Shown here: piece after piece, positions 1 to 14,900 of the stretch | Numbering within the stretch: position 1 is the first letter of the stretch | Layout of the letters: each line of letters opens with the position of its first letter | Assembly (NCBI GenBank): GCA_021432655.1 | Contig: MU271606.1 | Coordinates: 1 to 40,082, forward strand | DNA length: 40,082 nt | DNA from: Atractiella rhizophila | Taxonomy: Eukaryota | Direction of reading: 5' to 3' | The notes under the pieces: generated by a model | Seen by the model: only the letters and a program-made list of their open reading frames with translations | Told to the model about the DNA's origin: nothing | Database searches by the model: none | Position numbers and translations under genes: made by a program

Positions 1-922
1 GGCACACGAGTAAGATGACACTGTGGAAGTCAGAGGGATACGCGACTGTGTGTTGGTTAATGAGGGAAGCACCGTAAGAATGTCCAACGCCGATGACCTG
101 TTTCAATCTCTATCAGATGGGTTCCTAAGTCCCGTCAAAAAAAGTTTCACGGTGCTGAACTTCTTTCCAAGAAGAGTGCCATCCTTCACTCCCTTCACGA
201 TCTGGTGGAACATCTCGACATGGAGAGGAGACTGGACGAGGTTGATTCCATCCTCAGGAATGTCGGACTGACCTGATCCTAGACGTTCAATGACGAGAGT
301 TGAGAGACCAGACTCCGCCGCTTGACGTTGGTAGGAGTAAATGTCGGGTTTCACTTTGATGTCGAACTCTGGATGCCAATTCCTCAATCACGTGCAACTT
401 TGCAACTTTTTTCTTGGACGACGAACCAGTGATGCCCTGCTCAAGAGCTGAATGATGGATGACTTGGATCGCGTTCTCTCGCTTTTTATCCGAAGTCCTC
501 TTCGCCTTATCACAGGCTGCTGGTGAGCAATACTGTCCATGGATCTTATACGTAGCAGGAGCAACGTTTTTTGTTCCCTTACCGATTTTCAGTGTGTGCG
601 GGAAGAAGGACAAGAGGGAAGCATACGCCAACAGGATTCAGCTGGCCCGTGAGGATGGCATTCAAGGCAGCAGCAAAGTCGGCCTGTGTCGAAGGAGCAG
701 TGATGTTGAAAAGGACGTTCGTTGCTCCAGCTGTGACCTTGAAGTCAAGCTGTCTATGCCTCAGAATCCAAAGTGTAGCCTTGAGTGTTGTAGAGAACTC
801 ACTTCTTTGCACACTGCCGTTTCCTTTGCAACAAAACTGTGTCCAGGTTGCCCTCTGTCAGAGTGAGAAATGGCAGAGGCGGACGCCAGGAAGAGAGAAG
901 CGATGAGAGATTGTTGACGCAT
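1..922 (-). CDS. Secreted alpha/beta-hydrolase fold protein (Abhydrolase_6-like), multi-exon, 3' end outside the window
   Basis: ATG at 922 gives a signal-peptide-like start, MRQQSLIASLFLASASA. Spliced exons give YSYQRQAAESGLSTLVIERLGSGQSDIPEDGINLVQSPLHVE and VIGVGHSYGAS, which contains a G-x-S-x-G nucleophile elbow. One internal splice junction was not resolved. Confidence 0.8.
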
Positions 923-1936
923 TGGTATATTATTCGGTATATGGAGCGAAGGGAGCGAGAGAATGACAATGCAGCGCTGAGTGGTGAGAAGGGACTGAGT
1001 AGGATGAGTGAGAAAGAATATGTCCCTTTATATATTTCTACCACCAACTGAATATGAAACTGTGCGTTTCCATCCTCCTCATCGGCCACATCCTTACTCT
1101 CCGAGCAACAATTCTATGGCACTCTGTTGTCTCGCTCATTCGATAATCTGGAGTCTTCGGCATCCGAAACAGAGCCTTTAGGAGTAGGAGTACATCCTTA
1201 GACTTCTTCTCACATCGTACAGACGGGATACATCTACGATCAACCCACTGGTCACTCGGTTACAATGGTCCATGCGAGTTGCACAATCGCACAATCACAC
1301 TCATTATTTCCGTTTGACTAATTTGAAGGTCGCCGGACTTGTTTGTTGAAGCGCTGTAATACTGTTGTCGGATGCTTCAACTTGCAGCAAAGTTTGTCTT
1401 GTCCGCTTGTGACGACACCAGTTCGTTCAGGCAAATCCAGGGAAATCAGTTAACAAGGAGTGAGCTGGCGGAGAACGGATGGAGGGTCCGGTGTTGTCAT
1501 ATGCATGAGAGCGTTCCTAAGCCACTTCTCAAAGTCTACGAAGATAGGCAACAGTAGCTCGAGGGCTGGCCCAATAACACCTGTACGGGTATTGGGATCT
1601 GGATACGGAACTGATGCAACAGTGGATCGGCGTACAGAGCACCTGAATACATCCAACGTTTCTCCTTCCCCGTGGGCATAGGACAAATCTGCTGACATTG
1701 AGGTTTCAAGAAGGTGGTGATCACCCCATGAAGGCAATTGAAACACACTGTTCAAGTTGTACTTGACCTGTCACTCGCGAACTGCAAGAATTGGTTCTGT
1801 AAGGAAGGCGCCGGTTGAGCACAAAGTCCGAAGTTTCAAATAAGCAAACAAAAGGGATGAATATTATTGTCATCCGAGACAGTCTTTGACCAGGGAAATA
1901 GAAGGTGAAGTGTGACATTTCAGGACCGAGCCGCAT

Positions 1937-4035
<2,099 letters not shown>

Positions 4036-4173
4036 GATCAGTTTATATATGTAGCTGATCAGGAATTGGTTGAGGCTGAGCTGCTTTTATGGCTGAGTCT
4101 TCCCGAAGATGGGAGATGAAGTGGATGTGGGTCGTTTGGCGTTAGTTGTTGACTCGATCAGTCCTGTTCCTTC

Positions 4174-4206
4174 AACAGTTCCGTTAACAGTTTCGTTAAC
4201 AATTCC
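4174..4206. repeat. Short tandem repeat, about 2.7 copies of a 12-bp unit (AACAGTTYCGTT), upstream of BNA6
   Basis: Sequence aacagttccgtt-aacagtttcgtt-aacaattcc, with two GTTAAC palindromes at the unit junctions. Confidence 0.6.
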
Positions 4207-4474
4207 ATATTACATGGTCGGAAGGAAGTAGACTAGAAACGGTGGGGCACAGGGCAAATGGTCGTAGCTCGGAGTTCAAGACGAAATTCAAACCAACTTC
4301 GAGAAAGGCAAGGGATCGACCAACTCGAATCTTTCAGATCAACTTGACGATGAATGCTGAAGAAAGGCCCTAGTCCTGGTACATGGGAGACGGATATCTG
4401 AAAATTGCGACAAACGAAACAAACGATGCGTATAAGATAACCAAGCTAATAAACGGAATTAGTGGACGTATTGA

Positions 4475-4871
4475 TCATAAATACGTGGTCGAATAAGTCA
4501 AGTGGATTTTCTTTCCTTGCGCTCTTATGAGCTGCTTCTCCACTTCGAGGTGCATGATTTGAGGATTCGATTCTTCCATTATCTGTCATCCTAGCTTATC
4601 AGTCCTAACTAAGAGGGTGCAAGGGCAGACAAACGGTGTATTGAGTAATACTCATATTTTGGAGGGATATAATCCCTTTCTTCCACCGCTGATCTGTTCA
4701 ACACGCTTTATTCTTAATATCACCATGAAGAATACTTGCCGAACCTTTGCAGAGAAAGTAGACATATTGCCCCTGCCTGTACACCGGTAAGACTTTGGCA
4801 TCCGGAGGTGGAGGAGGTGGAGAAAACGAAGGAGAAGAGGAGGAGGAAGTGACCGCTCGTCCGTTGTACAT
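4475..4871 (-). CDS. Hypothetical small 3-exon protein (about 97 aa)
   Basis: Two canonical GT-AG introns of roughly 50 nt join an open frame: MYNGRAVTSSSSSPSFSPPPPPPDAKVLPVYRQGQYVYFLCK/DQRWKERIISLQNMSITQYT/IMEESNPQIMHLEVEKQLIRAQGKKIHLTYSTTYL*. No family recognised. Confidence 0.35.
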
Positions 4872-5242
4872 ATTTTCGGGCAGAATACAGTGGGTGATTG
4901 TGGAGGATTCACATATCTCGAGCCATCCTAAAGCGCATATAAGTGAGTATCTGAGCGTTGAGATTGAGTACAAAGAAAGCGTCGTTGATCCAACGTCGAT
5001 CAAGAGAGAAAGGGAGCGCATATTACACAGAAGAATTGATGCTTACAGTACTTTCAACGGCTCATTTTCCAACCTTGTCATCCCCAAAGCCTCCAAACCT
5101 TCCAACGGCGGTTGAAGTTGGTCGAAGCTTAGAACTCCTGATCTTGATCTTGATTCTTCTTTCAGATCACGATCACTCACGTGTCTGTTCGCGACGTCCC
5201 TGCAGTCGCCAAAGGAAACGACCACATTTCCTGTGAAGTCCC

Positions 5243-5749
5243 ATGCAGACAGCGACCAGCTTCGCGCACAAGCCTCCGCGGCTGAGCTCCTCTCTCTACT
5301 CCCCGCCCTCTCTGCCCGCTCCCCCAGTCTCCGCCGCGCTCTCCTCCCCGCCCCCTCCCCCTGCTCCGCCTCTCCAAAAGTTCCCCGTCGACACCTTACG
5401 CCCCCACATCCACCGAATACTGCACTCAAAGTTCTCCAGCAGCGCGAGCTACAATGCAGATAGGACGTGGTGCAAAGAAGTGGCGGAGGATATAAAGAAA
5501 CGCATGTTGGAGGCTGCACCGAAAGGGTGGAAGTTCGTCGTGCTGGTGGAGGTCACGGAGAACGCGGGACAGGGTGGAAAGTTGGATTTGGCGGGCCATT
5601 GGGATAGGGAATGGGATGTGGCGATCACGGAAAATTTAATCACAGTGTGTTGTCTCCTTCTGTGGGCAAACGGAGAATGATGGTTTCTCTACTGAAAGGA
5701 TAAAATCATCGTTTCAGTCATCGCTCTGGCGTTGAGGGTGCAGTATTAG
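5243..5749 (+). CDS. Tctex-1 family (dynein light chain-like) protein, copy 1
   Basis: KFPVDTLRPHI...CKEVAEDIKKRMLE...WKFVVLVEVTENAGQGG...HWDREWD, then intron 5645-5698 and last exon DKIIVSVIALALRVQY*. This matches the Tctex-1 pattern after a Pro-rich N-terminus. Confidence 0.85.
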
Positions 5750-5992
5750 TTCTTGGGGACACGATCAGCCACATCAAGGAGATTGGGTCGCCCAACGCGG
5801 CCTCAAATAGCTTTGGACCGCCGGAACAGGTCCCCAGGATGGAGGACAGGGAAAGGAAAGGAGTAGCTGATATGACAATCAAAGATTGGAGCTGAATGCT
5901 CGTCCTGCTTCTAGATCACGATCACTCACGTGTCTGTTCGCGACGTCCCTTGTCGTCGCCAAAGGAAACGACCACATTTCCTGTGAAGTCCC

Positions 5993-6499
5993 ATGCAGAC
6001 AGCGACCAGCTTCGCGCACAAGCCTCCGCGGCTGAGCTCCTCTCTCTACTCCCCGCCCTCTCTGCCCGCTCCCCCAGTCTCCGCCGCGCTCTCCTCCCCG
6101 CCCCCTCCCCCTGCTCCGCCTCTCCAAAAGTTCCCCGTCGACACCCTACGCCCTCACATCCACCGAATACTGCACTCAAAGTTCTCTAGCAGCGCGAGCT
6201 ACAATGCAGATAGGACGTGGTGCAAAGAGGTGGCGGAGGACATAAAGAAACGCATGTTGGAGGCTGCACCGAAGGGGTGGAAGTTCGTCGTGCTGGTGGA
6301 GGTGACGGAGAACGCGGGACAGGGTGGAAAGTTAGATTTGGCGGGTCATTGGGATCGGGAATGGGACGTGGCGATCACGGAAAATCTAATCACAGTGTGT
6401 TGTCTCCTTCCGTGGGCAAACGGAGAATGATGGTTTCTCTACTGAAAGGATAAAATCATCGTTTCAGTCATTGCTCTGGCGTTGAGGGTGCAGTATTAG
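5993..6499 (+). CDS. Tctex-1 family protein, copy 2 (protein identical to copy 1)
   Basis: Same exon structure, intron 6395-6448. Only synonymous differences from copy 1. Confidence 0.85.
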
Positions 6500-6991
6500 G
6501 TCTTGGGGACACGATCAAACACATCAAGAGATTAGGTCGCCCAACGCGGTCTTAAATAGCTTTGGACCACCGGAACAGGTCCGCAGGGATGGAGGACAGG
6601 AAAAGGAGTATCTGATACGACAATCAAAGATTGGAGCTGAATGCTCGTCCTGCTTCTACGTGAATCGTTCGCATTTGAATGCATGGGGGTGAAAATGTAC
6701 ATTCGGATCGAGCTGTTCTTGCAAGCCCTTAAATCCCACTGGCTGCCGCTGCGAGGATAAGATTAAGTATGCGTGGTCTGGGAAATCTTCGATTTTCGCA
6801 GTTGCAGATGATGGTCGATCTGCACCAACACAATTACTGTAATGGAGCCAGGCGAAGCAAAAAAGAGAGAGCCTCCAAATCAACCTGAGTGCCTTCTGCA
6901 TGTCACGAAGTTTTACAATTATATTTCTCAAAGACGACATCATTGCAGAAGTACACTAGATGAAAACATTAACAGATAACATGTCTATGCA

Positions 6992-9544
6992 TCAGAATCC
7001 AAAAAGTCCATCAACAGGTTTTCCACCTCTCAAGCTCTCCAAAACGCGTTTTCTCGCTCCACTCAACTTCTCCGCCTTGATCCAAGCGACCGGCCAAATC
7101 CGCGCCTCTCTCCTCAACAACTCTTCTGCCAAATCCAACTCACTGAGCAGCGCCATGACCCTCCATTCCATCGCTGCGAGTTCCTCCCTCTTGATATCCC
7201 GTTTCTGATTCTTCGCTATCAGAATCGACGCGATGCCGACGAGGATGGCAAAGGAAGCGTTCAGTTGACAACAGGAGTAAAAGGGGGAGTGGGCGGGGAT
7301 GGATCCTTTGTTTTTGGAGAAAGATGGAGGAGAAAAGTGGGTGAGAGGGACGGAGAGAAGACCCTCTCCTCCCATCTGTCCGGCGTCTGTGTTAACGCTC
7401 TCGAGGTCGATGAAGGTGCTAGACTCCTGTCTCATCAAAGCGAAGACGCCTTGCCCCGCGCCAACTATCTTCTTCAGGCTGGTCAAAGGCACGAAATTGA
7501 GCCGAGAGAGGGACATCTGTGAAAAAGCTGCTGCGTCTGGTTCGCTAGTGGGCTGAGAAGGAGGTGTTTTGCCATTTGTAAGAGCGGGAGGAATGAGGTG
7601 TTGCGATTCGTCCACCAGTTCCACTTGGGCGTTGGATTCATCCTGAGGATCAACGGAGCAGTATTGGAAAGCAAGGCTGAAGTCGGGCATTTTGTATGCG
7701 TGATGCAGACGAACTCTGGCTCTGTTCCGAATTATTTCCATTAGTCTAGAAAAGTACGGGGAGTGGAGTAGTGCGCACGAGCTGAGCATTAATAACCCCA
7801 TCCAAGCTTGCTCCCGATGATACGTATTGACCCATTCTTCTTTCGGATTCGCTTTTTCTCGCTCCAATGTCGCCTTATACATGGATTCGCAAATGACGAT
7901 CAGGTTTGAAATCATCAGATCAAGGCTTTGGAACTGTGCCTCGCGCGTAGTTGGATTTTGTGAAGGTGGAGCTGTCACAAAGAGAAGAAGGGATAGGATA
8001 CGAAGTCGCAAGGCAGGGGGACGTAACTGATCCCACTTTCAGTGACAATATCAGGGAAGAGGAAACGACAACACAAACCTCCTTTGAATCGTCTTGGGAC
8101 AACCAATCTTGTGGGAGTTCAAGTGCAATCTTTCCCACTGCAGGTTCGAGAGCACTATGGCGAACGCCAGTCGCAAATTGAGCCATGGTGTCCAAGCAGA
8201 ACAATTCCCACCAAGCCTTCTTAGCTGTGTCCTCTCCAAAACCTCCTTCCCTCCTTTCTCTCACCAAAATACTCTCCGTCGATTGATAGAGTTGATGGTC
8301 AAGAGCAATACTGGAGGATTCTTTCACGTATTCCAGAGCTACCATGGCTTTGGCCTGTCCGTAAGAGGCCTGGATCATAAACAAGCACCCAAGCAACCGA
8401 GAGAGCGGAGTGTCGCCTTCGGGACAGGAGGAATTCCGAAACAAGTAGTGGGCAGTTTCATAATAGTCTCTAGAGAGGGGTTGGCCACTCCAAAAAGGCT
8501 GTGCTATAGCGCAAACTGCAGCGAGGAGGAAGGGGGAACATGTTGGGAGGTGGTGAGAAACGAATATGGGCTCAGGAGGCAGGACATTTATGAACAGTGC
8601 TGCCCTTGAATAGAAGACTGCGATGAGGCTGTAGATTTCCGAGTCCAGAGGAAGGCTTTTGAGATGCTGAGTCGGTGCAGACACAGTCTGAGATGTGAGT
8701 GGTACGTCGACATGGACGGTATCATGCAGCAGATAGTCGAGGAATCCGAGGTCTGGAAGCTCCACTAGATTATCAGAAGCAGGCTTGCTCGTTGAAACCG
8801 AGTCTGAAAACATCGTGAAAGCAGCTTCGAAAGGCTCAAAAGTGTTTCCATCCACAAAGATGTTGTCTCGTCCATTTTGATTGTGGTCTGACGGCGACTG
8901 CGATGAAGAAGTCGAGGAAACGGAACGGTTCGGCAGATAACCCTGGTAAGCAGCGAGTGTTCCAGACATAGGTATCTTCGGTTCATCCAAATTTGGACTT
9001 TGGAATGGGTGATAGAGCTCTGCAACGTGAGGAGGAAGGGAAACGCCTGTCGAGGAAAAGGTGGAAAAGAACGCCCCTGGAGTTGTAGCACTTGCTGGTT
9101 GAGTTGCAGTTGATTGGGGAGTGCTCCTATCTACAATCTTGACGTTCGATCCAAGCTCCTGAGCTGCTGCTGGAGGAGCAACCTTCTTGACCAGCCGTCT
9201 TGGCCTGCCCTTCCGCTTTGAAGCTACCCACTCACAACGCTCTCCAAGTCGCTCGCATCTGTACAGCCTGTCAGCTTCCGATATGCAATGGATGCAACTG
9301 CTAACCTAGCGCAAGGGGGGACAAGAATGATTATCTCTTCCGAGTTCTCGTTTTCAGGAGGAGGATTCGCTTCACAGCGACTTTTCGAGTTCCGGCAATG
9401 CACACACGCTCGCGACTTCCTCACACGCTTAGGATCATCCGCTGCTAATGCCTGCAATTTCCCGACAAACGCGGGAAAGGAAAGAAAAGAATCAGATGCT
9501 CGATAACTTATATGGCGTTCGGCGTGGAGACATACCTTGGTCAT
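6992..9544 (-). CDS. Zn(II)2Cys6 fungal transcription factor, multi-exon
   Basis: Spliced cluster RKSRACVHCRNSKSRC...PPCAR/CERLGERCEWVASKRKGRPRR. A middle-homology-like region has SPFLLAAVCAIA and KKAWWELFCLD. A phase-0 intron joins ORFs 7920..8990 and 6992..8011. Confidence 0.9.
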
Positions 9545-9920
9545 TGTTAGAAAGGTCCTATACCCACCCGGTACCCGTACGATAGTTGTTAAGGGGTCTC
9601 CAGCCCTGAATAGAAGTCAAAAGGCTTTTATTATTCAGTTTGGGGGCGAAGGAGCGTGTCAGCGACCGTCTATCGGCTGCAGGAATTTTGTCCTTGTCGT
9701 CTCCTGTTTCGGCGGTTACAATGTTCGGCGTTCAATTCGCCACACAAATTTGTACTTTGCTTGTTGCTACCTGGTGGTAGCTAGTTGCTCTCAATCCACG
9801 CAGTCAAAATAAAAAAACGATGCATTCAAGCTCCAGGAATGGGAATAAAGCCAACAGATGTCAGCAGGATACTGAACAGAATGAACATCGCGGGGAGGCA
9901 AGTTTGACTTGGAAGGGACT

Positions 9921-11559
9921 TCAAAACTTGAACACAACAACCGTAACATCGTCCTGCATTTTGTAAGGGGCTTCCAATGTCAACCTCCAGCTGCACTGAT
10001 CATCATTCTTCCCCCCACAAGCGTTCCGAATGAGGCTGGTAGCCAGATTATCCTGGTGATCCGCAAACAGCATGTTCTGCATCCATGTATTTGCTTCCGA
10101 TAGCCGCTCATCCTCGGCTGGGTTCGACATTGAGAACGCTTTCGTATTGGACGGGAAAGACTGGTAAGCAAGTAGATGAATAGCTAGGCGATCGATTTCT
10201 CTGTCCGGCTGGAGATCAGTTGGCATAGAGGGAGCCTCTGTCTTCCCCACTCCTTCCTTTAGCTCTTCCGCCGGTTCTGGTGCCTTCTTCTTCTTGATCT
10301 TGATCAACTCATCTAGTCGCTCCCTTAGTCCATCCGTCGCAAGCACCAGAATCCGCTCCTCTCCGTCCTTAGTGGGATCGAATTTTTTGTGCATAACGTG
10401 AGGTTTTGCTGTTAGATATGGGGGCGTCAGGCAGCGGTGGAAGCTGTCGGGATAGCGTGGTGGAAACCCGATGCGAGAACGCTCGTGGAAGAAGATGCGG
10501 TCAGCATACACCTTCGGCAGCTTGAAGTGAAAGTCCCCCAATGCTGGAATGAGGTGTGAGTTGTGGTGAGTGTACTTGAAAGAAGGAGAAATACCTTTGG
10601 TAACCATGATCAACCCTAGTACCCGTCCATTCAATACGACTTCAGATTCACCGGGATGTAGTTCTCGAAGCTCGTCTGCTGCTTCTTTCTGAAAGCCGTT
10701 GTGCTGTTTCGCCAAAGATTCGACACTCCATTCATTATCGATCTTAACACCCAAAACTACTTTTATGAGTTTATGCTCTGAAGGAGACACCATAGTATCG
10801 AAAGAAGGGAACAACGAACTAGCTTCTGCATCTCCCACATTTGCAATCCACAAATTTTCCTTCTTTGCATCGAGGAGCGCAACAACAACTGTGCTACCGT
10901 TGACCACAAGTTCCGCCAATTGTTGATTCCTTTCATCAGCAAAGCGCCAATCCAGTTCTTGTTCCGTCATGGACCCATCCTCCATCCTTTCTTGGGGGAA
11001 GGTTTCGAGGAATTCTTGTGCGAGAGATTTATCGTAAGCCTCGATCGTCGATGAGAGAACGTTGGATATGTCCTCTTCAGTTGGTGAAGTTTTGGCTTGG
11101 AAGAGGACGGTCAGGGCAGTGGTCAATAACAGAGGAATGCGTTGAACTGCATCATTGGACACGAGAGGTCCGAAATGTCCTAAATATGATGTTTCTCCAT
11201 CAGCAGCCTTCTCCACGTGCGTTGTAATTGACCTGCTCACCATCGAAGACAAAACCTGCTACCCATTCTCCCTGGCCGAAATCCACCTTCTGAAAATTGA
11301 ATCGATCCTCATTTTCACACTTAGGCGATCCATCCTTCGGTTGGAATGATTTGGCTGAGATTGACACACCGTTGATCGTACCCTTCTTGGACGATCCAGC
11401 ACTTTCGAAAATTTGTTTGATGAGTGAAGCAGGGAGCTTGTGGTAGTTGAAGGTCTCTTCTTGATCATCCAACCATTCGTTGATCTCCGAAGCCTTGATG
11501 GTGGATTTTGGCGATTGGAGGCTACTGAGAGTAAGCTGAGCTGAGATGGTGGAAGTCAT
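9921..11559 (-). CDS. PP2C/PPM-family protein phosphatase (pyruvate dehydrogenase phosphatase-like subgroup)
   Basis: Motifs in order: CENEDR, FVFD/GHFG, NGSTVVVALL, LWIANVGDAEA, GRVLG..VTK/ALGDFHFK, TPPYLTAKP, ILVLATDGL, QDDVTVVV. Start MTSTISAQ at 11559. Confidence 0.9.
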
Positions 11560-11985
11560 CTTGCGGGGGGTCGTGATACTGACTGGTGTAGCAGTTGAAC
11601 TGGTGCATTTTATATTCTGATTGTCCTTCTTCCTCGCTCGTAAGATCACTCTGGTCAGATCACAAAACGGTAATAACAACTGCAATGGCGGGAGAATGAG
11701 GAGAGCACCGGACGTCTGTGCGTGTGCGTGGTGCAGTGTGGTCCGTGCTCAAGTCATGTGATCAACGAAACGCTTGACGATTCAGACGTTGCATCGACAA
11801 AGATATTTTGTGCTCTACCCTTTGTGGGATTTCTTGACTACGTCCCTGTGTATTTGCGCACATTTGTGTGACTTGTGCCTTGCAGTCAAGCGGGTATCGA
11901 AGTGTCCTATGTACAGAGCGTCGTCGGTGTTCTGTCCCAGTATCAGCGTCCTTTGAAAACAGAGGGGAATATAAAAGCGTACCGT

Positions 11986-14900
11986 TCAACCTTCAAATTT
12001 CCACCTTTCTCTCCACCCCTTTCCCCTCCAAAACATCATAGCTGGCGCAGGAATAGCAATCGCTCCTGCTCCAGCCAGAACAGTTCCACCCCATCCCCAA
12101 CCTAATGTCTGATACATTTGTGGCGTAAAAATGGGCTGCATATATGTTTAGCCATCGCACAGAGGACCCTCAGAAAACACACCAGCACAGCTGCAGCAGC
12201 AGAGCGCATAGCTGCACCAGCAGCGACTGCAGCCTATTGGAATCTGATCAATATGACAGTACGATTGAGAGAGCTAAATACGAACCGCGGCAAATGCGCT
12301 AAATTCTACGAGCCACAGCTGTATACTCGCAAATGCGAGCATGATACCGTAGCCAAAGATCATTTCTCCTATGGCAGGAACAATCCAGTGGATTTCAGAC
12401 TGAGCAGTCCACCCCTTCCAGTACTATTGTCACCATTTGGTCGTTGGAACACAAAGTGACAAACCCAGAGCAGGAGACCCGGTGGGAAGAGAAACATCCC
12501 TATCTTCATCTCTATGGGTAAAACAATCAAAAATCGGACCACAGTACATTACCTGTGTTAGGACGAGTCTATATTCAGGCCGACAGGCCGACCTGCATCC
12601 CCATTCCTCGTTTTTAGACGAGCATATATCGAATCTTGCCATTTAATCGCAGTTGACACAGCAAAAAAGAAGCCGATTCCTACCTTCCCATCAAGACGTA
12701 TGACAGTGTAACGAGGAAGGAGTCCTACCTAATGGAATGTACGCCAATCCCACGGTTTCGTCTGCCCACTGATAACTGAAAACCTTTTCGCTTCCGTCTT
12801 CTTTCGACGGTCTCCCAAATAGTGTCGGGATTGCTACGATGGCCACATACATTATGGCATAAACGTAGCTGCAGAGACTCTTCAGAGATTCCTTTGATAC
12901 GGCTACAATGACACTGACGCGTAATAGGACACAAAAAAGAGGCATATTGGGTTTGCAAGCATTCGTGGTGGCCGCTATTTCGGTTGTCAGGCTTACTGCT
13001 GAGTCAAAAGGAAGTGAGAATCGCACAGAAAACGTTCTCGCAAACACAGCTCGCACTTCCTTGCTCCTCTCCGCGTTACTACGGCAATAAAAGAGTCTTT
13101 TCAGGACGCTATCATAAAGGTGAGTACTCTGTTATGTAGGAAAGGAGCAGGTTAGCGTACGGTTCATAAGTTTCCTGCAGGCCTAGGAGAACACAGAAAA
13201 AGTTCGATCCACTGAGAATCGCCAGGACCCAAAATGCCCATCTCCAGCCGATGAGCTTGATGTAGCTTCCAGCCAGACTACCAAATATCGGCCCAGCTAT
13301 AGGTCCCTATTGAGAAATAGTCAATTCTTCAATTTTCAAAAATTAAAAGGGAAGACGACGAACGAGGGAGTAAACTGATACTGGGCCGCCACGTTCTGCT
13401 GACGCGAAAACGTCGCCAACGCTTGCTGCTCCCAGTCCGGGACCAGAGGAAGCAAAAGAGCCTGCGAGCAGACGAAAGATGATGAGCTGCGCCATCCTAG
13501 CCTTGTCATAAGTTCAAGCGGAGAGGAGGAACGGAAAGCTTACGAGTGTGAGACTCCACATGCAATATTGAAGATGAGAAAACCGAAGACTGAAAACAGA
13601 TATGAGGGTCGACGACCATAGAGCTCGGAAATCGGAGCCCAAAGGAAAGGTCCTGCTCCCTGTCCCATGGATCAACATGTTTACATACTGGTTGTACTCA
13701 GAAGAGATGCAGGACGAATAAACCTCGTCACGGTGGCCGCTGAAAGAGGATTGAAAACTACGAGTGGAAACGACAAGTGCTTCGCGTAATTCATCGCCCA
13801 TGCTCTCATCAGCAGCTCCCTTCCTTCGTTTCGTAAAACCGATGCAATGATCTAACAAACGCCAGAAAAAGGGTAAAGAGAAGTTGAAATGTCCTACCTC
13901 CTCTTAACTCATTTTTTCCGTAAGTAAGGAACTTATATAGAAACTTCTTCTTGTGGTCTTTTGAAAAACTAATTGAGGGCAATACGATAGCTTTAGCAGG
14001 TGTCCTTCTGCTGCTAAATGTCGAAGCAGTGACTGAATGAGCAGTGAAATCACTTCAAAACAATCAAGTACAGCTAAAGCAGGTTTCAGAACCAGACGAG
14101 GGACGTGACTCGCTCAATACGAACCGCGGCAAATGCGCTAAATTCTACGAGCCACAGCTGTATACTCGCAAATGCGAGCATGATACCGTAGCCAAAGATC
14201 ATTTCTCCTATGGCAGGAACAATCCAGTGGATTTCAGACTGAGCAGTCCACCCCTTCCAGTACTATTGTCACCATTTGGTCGTTGGAACACAAAGTGACA
14301 AACCCAGAGCAGGAGACCCGGTGGGAAGAGAAACATCCCTATCTTCATCTCTATGGGTAAAACAATCAAAAATCGGACCACAGTACATTACCTGTGTTAG
14401 GACGAGTCTATATTCAGGCCGACAGGCCGACCTGCATCCCCATTCCTCGTTTTTAGACGAGCATATATCGAATCTTGCCATTTAATCGCAGTTGACACAG
14501 CAAAAAAGAAGCCGATTCCTACCTTCCCATCAAGACGTATGACAGTGTAACGAGGAAGGAGTCCTACCTAATGGAATGTACGCCAATCCCACGGTTTCGT
14601 CTGCCCACTGATAACTGAAAACCTTTTCGCTTCCGTCTTCTTTCGACGGTCTCCCAAATAGTGTCGGGATTGCTACGATGGCCACATACATTATGGCATA
14701 AACGTAGCTGCAAAGACTCGTCAGAGATCCCTTTGGTAAAGTTACAACGGCACTCACGCGTAATAGGACACAAAAAAGAGGCATATTGGGTTTGCAAGCA
14801 TTCGTGGTGGCCGCTATTTCGGTTGTCAGGCTTACTGCTGAGTCAAAAGGAAGTGAGAATCGTACAGAGAACGTTCTCGCAAACACAGCTCGCACTTCCT

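Larger units (their letters stand above)
5164..6658. repeat. Tandem direct duplication, about 750-bp unit (about 5164-5912 and 5913-6658), each unit holding a whole Tctex-1 gene
   Basis: agatcacgatcactcacg begins both units and gctcgtcctgcttcta ends both. The ATGs are 750 bp apart. Confidence 0.95.

Noticed and set aside
1100..1930. Short ORFs between the hydrolase and BNA6
   Set aside because: No recognisable motifs and no consistent splice model.
5043..6189. Overlapping antisense and alternate-frame ORFs across the Tctex-1 copies
   Set aside because: Shadows of a GC-rich, Pro-rich coding region. The substitutions are all synonymous in the Tctex-1 frame.
12553..12592. A 40-nt intron GTCGGC...CTAACACAG that could remove the MFS frameshift
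   Set aside because: It would delete the conserved PEYRL motif, it abuts the next donor, and it does not restore the frame.
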